A program made the translations under genes and the position numbers. Of a stretch of DNA of 46,196 nucleotides, positions 39,987-46,196 are shown in pieces. The stretch is taken from positions 1-46,196 of the forward strand of contig CAIZLB010000052.1 in assembly GCA_903933735.1 (NCBI GenBank), read 5' to 3'. The notes beneath the pieces are model-generated. The model was given only the letters and a program-made list of their open reading frames with translations, made no database searches and was not told the origin of the DNA. The stretch's first letter is position 1, and each line of letters starts with the position of its first letter. Source of the stretch: an uncultured bacterium. GTDB taxonomy: Bacteria; Patescibacteriota; Minisyncoccia; Phycocordibacterales; CAIZLB01.

Positions 39987-40535
39987 TTATTTTATATTTT
40001 CAAACCATTCATAAGCTTCTTTTTCTATCTGGTCCAGAAATGGTTTTTTGGCAGTTCTGTAAGCTGGATAATCATCTGGAAATTTCTGCATATTACTTTC
40101 TTTAAGATCAGAATAAGCTTTTGCTTTTTCTGGAAATACCCTGAAAAAATCCCTCATTATTATAAATTGTTTTGCTTTAAAAGAATTAATTTCACAGACG
40201 TGAATATTTTCAAGTTTTTCTCCATCTGGACCAACACTGAAAAATATCAATGTATTTGGGGCTATGTAATTTTCACCACATTCATAACCTGCCCTTATCA
40301 TCTCATCAATCTCCTTAGATAAATCTTTTATATCTTTAACTGTTATAAGTACATCAATAATAGGTTTTGCCTTCATTCCTGATATAGAGGTACTTCCTAC
40401 ATGTTCGATACTCAAGGCCTTATCTTTGAATATGTTTTTAACAAAGTCTTTTATAGATCCGAATCTGACTATCCAATCCGGATCATAGTCAGAAATAGAG
40501 TATTTTCTATTTATGTTTTTATCTAATTCTTTCAT
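39987..40535 (-). CDS. GrpB-family (nucleotidyltransferase-fold) protein
   Basis: The start is MKELDKNINRKY at 40535. The signature is EHVGSTSISGMKAKPIIDVLI. Confidence 0.8.
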   Translation of the reverse strand: MKELDKNINRKYSISDYDPDWIVRFGSIKDFVKNIFKDKALSIEHVGSTSISGMKAKPIIDVLITVKDIKDLSKEIDEMIRAGYECGENYIAPNTLIFFSVGPDGEKLENIHVCEINSFKAKQFIIMRDFFRVFPEKAKAYSDLKESNMQKFPDDYPAYRTAKKPFLDQIEKEAYEWFENIK

Positions 40536-40577
40536 GATGTTTATTTTAATACATATCATGAAAATTTGACACCAACC

Positions 40578-40605
40578 TTGACAATTACCAGTTTAAACGT
40601 AAGAT
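40578..40605 (+). promoter_or_regulatory. sigma70-like promoter (TTGACA, 16-nt spacer, TAAGAT)
   Basis: TTGACA lies at 40578-40583 and TAAGAT at 40600-40605, in the divergent region shared with grpB. Confidence 0.5.
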
Positions 40606-40686
40606 ATATTGAAATACTGTAACATTGCTCAATGCGGTATTTTAATCAGAACACGAGCTGAACCTACAAAAACATCAATTACTATC

Positions 40687-40809
40687 ATGAAAGTCGCCAG
40701 AGTAACCAATATATCGGTTGATGAAATAAGAAAAGCATTAGATAACAAGATAGCATTGCAATACCCGACCTGCTTGCTTATAAACGAGTTGGGTGCAAAA
40801 TCATCTTAA
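40687..40809 (+). CDS. 40-codon ORF (MKVARVTNISVDEIRKALDNKIALQYPTCLLINELGAKSS)
   Basis: This is the first ATG ORF after the promoter. The A/C-rich leader GAACCTACAAAAACATCAA lies upstream. Confidence 0.35.
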   Translation: MKVARVTNISVDEIRKALDNKIALQYPTCLLINELGAKSS

Positions 40810-41057
40810 ATCAGGATGAAGATTGCGATGAAGCTGAAGCCGCGCTTATATGCGAGCTTGAAAAAGCTGTTGACAGAAGATGGGCTGCGATTCGATATTT
40901 ATGCACCTTATCAAAACTAGAACTAGCATCACCGGAAACATTGGCTGCTATCGACAAATTTAGGGTCAATCCAGAAAATAGCTCCCTTTTTCCATCCGAT
41001 GAGGAGATCGAAGACTCAATAATGGACATGAGAGCAGCACATTGCTATATGAACTGA
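40746..41057 (+). other. 103-codon open frame with no ATG/GTG/TTG start, in the -1 frame relative to the 40-codon ORF
   Basis: The frame was translated by hand. It reads ...NQDEDCDEAEAALICELEKAVDRRWAAIRYLCTLSKLELASPETLAAIDKFRVNPENSSLFPSDEEIEDSIMDMRAAHCYMN*. It ends 24 nt before a strong terminator. The composition looks protein-like, unlike the Ser-rich antisense ORF 40811..41029. Confidence 0.35.
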
Positions 41058-41080
41058 TTTATTCCAGGCAGGTTATTACG

Positions 41081-41107
41081 AGCAGGTGAAATATCCTGCT
41101 TTTTTTA
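41081..41107 (+). terminator. intrinsic terminator
   Basis: AGCAGG(tgaaatat)CCTGCT is followed by TTTTTTATTT. Confidence 0.6.
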
Positions 41108-41108
41108 T

Positions 41109-41669
41109 TTAATTATCTATCAACAATTTTATAAGATTAAACAACCCTTCATCTTCTTTAGAATTTTTATGTATCTTTCTTCTTATACATCCGGCACACA
41201 TATCAGCTAATTGTATTAGATTACTACCCTTTGAATCTATGTATTTTATTGATTTAATATTTACACCATACCTCTTTAACCCCTTCTTGATTTCAGATAA
41301 AATCTTTCTATTATAACATCTGGATTTGAAGCCATCTAAAAAAATTATAGAATTGTTAGCCACATGTCTATATCTCAATATTGTATTTATAATCTGATTT
41401 GAAAAAGTCAGAGTATCATTTGTTTCGAGATACTTTATTATAAAATCTTTTTTAGACCAAAGCCTAAAAAAAGACCTTTTTGTATTTAAACTTTCTTTAT
41501 TGAAGTGTAATTCAATATTCTCTCTTTTAAAGAGATTAATCTTAAATTTATTTATCCTATTTTCCACTTCTGATACTTTGTTTAAATCATTAAATATGAT
41601 TAAACAAACAACAAAAATTGTGTTATTTGACCCTGATTCATCTATAAATATATGTTTATTACTTTTCAT
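41109..41669 (-). CDS. DUF3800-family protein
   Basis: The N-terminus KHIFIDESGSNN is the hallmark DUF3800 start (IDESG). The size is 186 aa. Confidence 0.65.
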   Translation of the reverse strand: MKSNKHIFIDESGSNNTIFVVCLIIFNDLNKVSEVENRINKFKINLFKRENIELHFNKESLNTKRSFFRLWSKKDFIIKYLETNDTLTFSNQIINTILRYRHVANNSIIFLDGFKSRCYNRKILSEIKKGLKRYGVNIKSIKYIDSKGSNLIQLADMCAGCIRRKIHKNSKEDEGLFNLIKLLIDN

Positions 41670-41725
41670 TCACATTATTCTACTCATAGTACCTAAACTT
41701 TTACTAAAGAAATTATAAATTATCA

Positions 41726-41755
41726 TCTATACAATAAATGTAACCATTGCGTCAA
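41726..41755 (-). promoter_or_regulatory. candidate promoter for the DUF3800 gene (TTGACG, 18-nt spacer, TATAGA)
   Basis: On the minus strand, TTGACG lies at 41755-41750 and TATAGA at 41731-41726. Confidence 0.4.
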
Positions 41756-41855
41756 GTATATCGAATATGCTATAAATCTATCAGGGGATGAGAAGTCGAA
41801 TTATCACCGGACGGTGACTCGGGTCCTAAAAAAACCTAGACGATGCACATCAATT

Positions 41856-41886
41856 AAAGAGACCACGCTTTTGCAGGGTCTCTTTT
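41856..41886. terminator. bidirectional-looking intrinsic terminator
   Basis: AGAGACC(N12)GGTCTCT is flanked by AAA and TTTT. Confidence 0.5.
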
Positions 41887-41910
41887 AAATTTGAGTATTA
41901 TACCATGTCT

Positions 41911-42309
41911 TTACCCAACAACCGCCCTCTCTTCTTTTATAACATAACCCTCTGTGACGTTTATATATTTTGCATCTGAAAAATATTCTATAGAACCATC
42001 TTTATCAGTCATCTCCAATAATTGATTTGAATACATAGGTGGCACAACCTTAGTGCAAGATAAAGTTATATGCGGATATTTATTTTCTGATTTATCATTC
42101 TCAACCAACAAGACATCACATTTATCATCTTTAGCTCGTCCGATTATTTTTAATTTTACTTTTTTACCGATCTCAACACCATCAAGATTATCTGGTTTGT
42201 ATTTATTTGTTGAATGATGTGCATATATAACAGGGAGATCTGTTTTAAACATACTCAAAAGATCTTGAGGGTTATCTATAAAATAGGCAGTGTGGTATAT
42301 ATTTTGCAT
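41911..42309 (-). CDS. small protein with two HxT/S motifs (2H phosphoesterase-like)
   Basis: This 132-aa protein has AHHSTN and YPHITLS, two H-x-[ST]-x motifs about 48 aa apart. The family call is tentative. Confidence 0.55.
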   Translation of the reverse strand: MQNIYHTAYFIDNPQDLLSMFKTDLPVIYAHHSTNKYKPDNLDGVEIGKKVKLKIIGRAKDDKCDVLLVENDKSENKYPHITLSCTKVVPPMYSNQLLEMTDKDGSIEYFSDAKYINVTEGYVIKEERAVVG

Positions 42310-42322
42310 GAGGAGTTAATAA

Positions 42323-42718
42323 CTATTTTTTCCTTCGGAATAATTTTCTAACAATGACAAAAACTATAATTACCCCTAAGACAATACTGGTAGTCAAACC
42401 AACCCCTGAACTAAACCATGACAATGGATGTAATTGTTGCTCGACTCTTTTTACATACACAGGATTAACAACTAATCTTGTCGCGCCACTATCAGTTACA
42501 TAATAAGGTACAGTAACAGTCTTTCCATCTGCTGTTGCTGTGACTTCGTATTTTGAATCATTTCCAAGAGTAAACTGAACTTCGCCAGAATTGTTTGTTA
42601 TCCCAGATGTGTTCAAAGGCGTTATATAAACATTAGCTCCAGAGGTTGGTTGGCTTTTTCCATCAAGTACAACCACAGTAAGTGTTTTTGAAGTATTCAT
42701 ATTGATTGTCTCATTCAT
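42323..42718 (-). CDS. Ig-like / carboxypeptidase-regulatory-like domain protein with a C-terminal TM anchor
   Basis: The beta-rich segment is LTVVVLDGKSQPTSGANVYITP..TNNSGEVQF. The C-terminal anchor is VGLTTSIVLGVIIVFVIVRKLFRRKK. Confidence 0.6.
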   Translation of the reverse strand: MNETINMNTSKTLTVVVLDGKSQPTSGANVYITPLNTSGITNNSGEVQFTLGNDSKYEVTATADGKTVTVPYYVTDSGATRLVVNPVYVKRVEQQLHPLSWFSSGVGLTTSIVLGVIIVFVIVRKLFRRKK

Positions 42719-42736
42719 ATGTCTATTATTATATCA

Positions 42737-45700
42737 TTACATACGTAAATAACGTAAGATAAATATTATAAACATTGATGAACATACAATTATCGATGAA
42801 ATTATGATCCATATTTGTGATATGTTTGATTTCTCATCTTTTTCAGAATTGTCCTCTAAATTTTGTTTTTGTTTTTCTGGAGATGTTATCTGAGAAGTTT
42901 TTGTTGGAGTGGCGGATATTTCATTTTTAATCGGTGCTTCATTCAATGTTGTCGTTGTTGAAGAGGTCTCTGTGTAGATGTTTTCTATATTTATTGCAGG
43001 TGTTTCATTTTTAATTGGTTTTATATCCGGTTCTGTAGTATATATAATTTTATTATCTATAGGAGAGATATCTTTTTTACTTGATGTTGATGATATTGAC
43101 GCATCAACACGATAACTACTACCAATACCATTACCACCCCTTGTTGATGGAGTTGTTGTTGGCAGTATTGACTCCCTTAATGCAAGAGAGGTAGATTTAA
43201 TCAAACCTTGTCCAGCAGTATTTACAGCACTAACTCTAAAATCATAGCTTAAATCATTAGTAAGTCCTGTAATTATTATATTAGTTTCTGTGGAGATCGG
43301 ATCAGCAAATATACTCCAATTTGAATCTGAACTTAATTTGTATTCAATAACATAATCTGTGATAGCACTTCCTCCGTTTGACGATGGCGCAGTCCAGAAT
43401 AAGCCAACTTGAGAATTTCCTGCTGATGCCCCAAGCGAATTTACAATTCCCGGTACAGTCATAGGAATTACAGAATTTGAAGATGGAGAGGAAGATAATC
43501 CTGTACCAATAATATTTGTTGCTGACATTGTAAATGTATATGATGTACCGTTGTTTAATCCTGTCACTATAATCGGAGTTGTTAAACCTGTACCCGTTAC
43601 ACCACCTGGGTTTGAGGTGACAGTATAATTTGTAATAGCACTTCCACCATTTGATGCTGGAATAGTAAATGAAACTACAGCCTGTGCATTTCCTGCCACC
43701 GCTGATATACCTGTTGGTGGATCAGGAAATGTTGCAACAGCTGAAAAAGATGAGTGAGCACTTGAAGACTGTGAACCATATAATACATTTATATGAAAAT
43801 AATAATTTCCGGGATTTGGTACGGTTGAGGTGGCTGTAAAATCGTAATTATCTCCATTATTAATAAGTTTTGCATTTGAGGCGCTGAATATATCATCTCC
43901 TCCACCACATAGATTGTCCACGGCATCAGTTATACACCAATCATATTGATACTCATATGCAGTTGAACCTTCATTTGTAATTCTTATGTTGGTACCAATA
44001 CTGGTATTTGTTAAATCAGGAAAACTTTGAATAAATACCTGGGCAGGTTCTCCAGGGGTTGCGACAGCAACACTACTTACAGTACTTGTACCAATAATAT
44101 TTTGAGCACTGATTCTAAAATCATAAGAAGTGTCATTTGATAATCCTGTTACTGTGGTGAATTTATCGATACCAACCCCATCGTTAAACGTTACCCAATT
44201 TCCACCTGTGGTTAGTTGGTATTCAATAATATAGTCAGTTATAGCACTTCCTCCAGTTGAAGCTGGATCAGACCAAGTTAATTTGATACTACTACTTTTA
44301 ACTTCTGTAGCAAGATTAAGTGGTGCAGTTGGGGCTGTTGGTAGAGTTATAGGCAGTGATGCATCAGATGATGATCCCGTACCAACATCATTTATAGCAA
44401 CAACAGTGAATGTATAAATTTGACCATTGGTCAATCCAGTTACAGTATGTGAAAGATTGGTTGAACTTGCATTTGAATCTATGCCACCATTACTTGAATA
44501 GACAGTATAACCTGTGATTGTACTTCCGCCGTTTGATAACGGTGCTGTAAAATCTATTATTGCCTGACCATTGCCTGCGGTAGCAATAACCCCTGTTGCT
44601 TTTCCGGGAACTGTCGCTGGTGTTATGGAATCAGATGAAGTTGAAACAAGTCCGTCACCTGCTATATTTGTTGCTTTTACTGTAAAGGTATAAGGTGTGC
44701 CATTGGTAAGACCACTTATAATAATAGGTGAAGTGTTTCCTGTTTGAATAATCCCTTGAGGATCAGAGATGATTGTGTAGTTAGTAATTACTGAGCCTCC
44801 ATCAGAAACAGGTGCATCAAAACTAACAGTTACTTGCCCATCGCCTCGTAAAACATTTGTAATAGTTGGTTGCCCAGGAACAGTTCTTGGTGTACTTTCG
44901 GTTACAGGGCTACTTGAAGACCCTGTGCCGGTAGAGTTAATCGCCGAGACTCTAAAATCATATAGAGAGCCGTTTACAAGATCTGTAATAGTTATAGTTG
45001 TTGCAGGAGATACAGCATGACCAAATTGAGTCCAGGTTGAAGTAGAATGGAGTTTGTATTCAATAACATAGTTTGTAATTTCTGCACCGTTATTGTTCGG
45101 GGCGGTCCAGGATAACGAAACCTGGGAATCTCCTGGAGTGGCAATAACTCCAATGGGAATTCCCGGTGCTCCGGCGGGTGTTACAGGAGAAGAAACATTG
45201 GATACAGGTCCTTGACCAACAATATTTGTGGCGATCATGGTAAATGTGTAGGGTGTACCGTTTGTTAAACCAGTTACAATAATTGGTGAGGTACCACTTG
45301 AGAAAATAATTGATTCGGGGTTTGAAGTGACGGTGTAGTTAGTTATTTCGCTTCCACCATTTGTGGCGGAGTTTGTGACAGTTTCTTCAGTGGCTACAGA
45401 GTAGAAAGTTGAGGGGTTGTTTTGGTTGTTGTATTCGGTTTTTATCCAGTCAGCGGAACGGGCTATAGGAGAGACAGTGACCTCGTCTAATGCGCCAGAG
45501 AATGCTCTTATACCACCAATTTTTGAATCTGCATAATTATAATTTGCACTATTAATGTTCCACGTTCCTGTTACCAGAACTCCGTCAATAAAAAATTGAG
45601 TAACGCCGCTTGCTCGTCGCATCTGTACATAATGCCATGTTGTAGTATCGGAAAAAGTATAAGATGAAATCGCCCACGCAGAAAGTTCGTACAAACCTCT

Positions 45701-46196
45701 CAAACGATTACCATTTAAATCGTTTGCAACAGAAGATCCAATACCAAATCCCACACCGCCAACACCATTCATGAAAATGAATCCATTTTGACTTAAACTG
45801 CTTGGCTTCATCCAGCCAGAAAAAGTCCAGTCATTACTAACATTACTTATAGGTGATCCTGGAATCGTGATTGAAGTAGCAGAAAAATTTCCTCCTCCTC
45901 CAATCTTACCTGTCGTAGGTGTCCATGTCTGGGCCGTACTATTTTTAGCATTAATCGTAGAATCAAAAACTTGCGGATTTGTTCCACTTTCTTTCAAATG
46001 CCAAACCCCGGCATAGCCATTAGACCAAACTGACCGACTTCCATAAGTCGTAGAGGCTAATGGTTCTGTTGCACTTGTGTTTCCATAATACATAAATATC
46101 TCCGTATTCACTGAAGTTGAGAGTGTTGGAACCTTCACCCAGGCAACAAGTGTTCCATTTGAATATGATTCTATTTCTCTTGCTAGTTCAGTTGCA
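42737..46196 (-). CDS. giant surface protein: DUF2341/LamG-like N-terminal region, about 9 FN3 repeats, Ser/Thr-rich stalk and C-terminal TM anchor (5' end off the window)
   Basis: The frame stays open upstream of the track start to base 46196 (..ELAREIESYSNGTLVAWVKVPTLS..IFMYYGN..GVWHL). FN3 repeats recur with GGSAITNYTV / TGLTNGT.YTF. The C-terminus has the TM segment IWIIISSIIVCSSMFIIFIL. Confidence 0.85.
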   Translation of the reverse strand, partial: ATELAREIESYSNGTLVAWVKVPTLSTSVNTEIFMYYGNTSATEPLASTTYGSRSVWSNGYAGVWHLKESGTNPQVFDSTINAKNSTAQTWTPTTGKIGGGGNFSATSITIPGSPISNVSNDWTFSGWMKPSSLSQNGFIFMNGVGGVGFGIGSSVANDLNGNRLRGLYELSAWAISSYTFSDTTTWHYVQMRRASGVTQFFIDGVLVTGTWNINSANYNYADSKIGGIRAFSGALDEVTVSPIARSADWIKTEYNNQNNPSTFYSVATEETVTNSATNGGSEITNYTVTSNPESIIFSSGTSPIIVTGLTNGTPYTFTMIATNIVGQGPVSNVSSPVTPAGAPGIPIGVIATPGDSQVSLSWTAPNNNGAEITNYVIEYKLHSTSTWTQFGHAVSPATTITITDLVNGSLYDFRVSAINSTGTGSSSSPVTESTPRTVPGQPTITNVLRGDGQVTVSFDAPVSDGGSVITNYTIISDPQGIIQTGNTSPIIISGLTNGTPYTFTVKATNIAGDGLVSTSSDSITPATVPGKATGVIATAGNGQAIIDFTAPLSNGGSTITGYTVYSSNGGIDSNASSTNLSHTVTGLTNGQIYTFTVVAINDVGTGSSSDASLPITLPTAPTAPLNLATEVKSSSIKLTWSDPASTGGSAITDYIIEYQLTTGGNWVTFNDGVGIDKFTTVTGLSNDTSYDFRISAQNIIGTSTVSSVAVATPGEPAQVFIQSFPDLTNTSIGTNIRITNEGSTAYEYQYDWCITDAVDNLCGGGDDIFSASNAKLINNGDNYDFTATSTVPNPGNYYFHINVLYGSQSSSAHSSFSAVATFPDPPTGISAVAGNAQAVVSFTIPASNGGSAITNYTVTSNPGGVTGTGLTTPIIVTGLNNGTSYTFTMSATNIIGTGLSSSPSSNSVIPMTVPGIVNSLGASAGNSQVGLFWTAPSSNGGSAITDYVIEYKLSSDSNWSIFADPISTETNIIITGLTNDLSYDFRVSAVNTAGQGLIKSTSLALRESILPTTTPSTRGGNGIGSSYRVDASISSTSSKKDISPIDNKIIYTTEPDIKPIKNETPAINIENIYTETSSTTTTLNEAPIKNEISATPTKTSQITSPEKQKQNLEDNSEKDEKSNISQIWIIISSIIVCSSMFIIFILRYLRM

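Noticed and set aside
40811-41029. A minus-strand 72-aa ORF (MSIIESSISSSDGKRELF...)
   Set aside because: It is a Ser-rich low-complexity translation that runs antisense to a unit with a clear plus-strand promoter and terminator. It is most likely the shadow of the plus-strand frame.
41795-41840. A possible preQ1-I riboswitch, suggested by the tail GGGUCCUAAAAAAACCUAGA
   Set aside because: The A-rich tail is reminiscent of preQ1-I. However, the loop has no sequence able to form P2 with the tail, the P1 stem is only 4 bp, and no downstream gene lies on that strand.
42737-46196. Repetitive sequence in the adhesin gene as a DNA tandem repeat or CRISPR-like array
   Set aside because: The periodicity comes from divergent FN3 protein domains of about 270-290 nt, not from short identical direct repeats with unique spacers. 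No CRISPR array, cas gene, transposase, integrase or reverse transcriptase was seen anywhere in the window.

Overview
This is a visibly AT-rich 46.2-kb bacterial chromosomal segment. All calls come from reading the sequence and ORF track by eye; no searches or computed statistics were run.

Its gene content and style fit a Candidate Phyla Radiation / Patescibacteria (Parcubacteria-like) genome, which is an inference. The supporting traits are:
- a minimal housekeeping gene set;
- many starts with no Shine-Dalgarno sequence and a -10 box only 5-10 nt upstream;
- a 23S-5S rRNA unit with no 16S in the window and an ORF-less group I intron in the 23S;
- a type IV pilin;
- giant surface and cytoplasmic proteins.

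Recognisable genes:
- Replication and export: a holA-like gene, polA (the 3'-5' exonuclease region is almost absent), secD and secF, and an ftsW/rodA-type SEDS gene.
- RNA and translation: 23S and 5S rRNA, trmD, rplL, rplJ, rplS, truB and an RluA-family pseudouridine synthase.
- Other: class II ribonucleotide reductase nrdJ, a nitroreductase, a DUF3800 gene and a partial giant LamG/FN3 adhesin.
- A lipid-type operon: dedA, GT4, GT4, alpha/beta-hydrolase and an SMS-like PAP2_C gene.
- A cluster of AAA_28 ATPase, wHTH-Nudix, GrpB, Nudix and a putative nuclease.

Most unusual observations:
1. A 1367-aa protein ends in an archaeal-type (class I CCA/PAP-like) nucleotidyltransferase. It is preceded by an overlapping 55-codon micro-ORF.
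2. Several GC-richer stand-alone gene cassettes each have their own sigma70-like promoter and intrinsic terminator. Two share a roughly 66-nt promoter plus 5' UTR module as an inverted pair around secDF, and most share an A/C-rich leader.
3. One of these cassettes encodes a PEP-CTERM protein, with no exosortase in the window.
4. The trmD leader has a 13-bp hairpin abutting the start codon. Its loop is complementary over 12 nt to an adjacent promoter-plus-terminator mini-transcript.
5. A GrpB / Nudix / PD-(D/E)XK-like / small-protein operon is flanked by NadR- and NrtR-like parts.
6. A promoter-to-terminator unit contains a 103-codon open frame with no canonical start codon.
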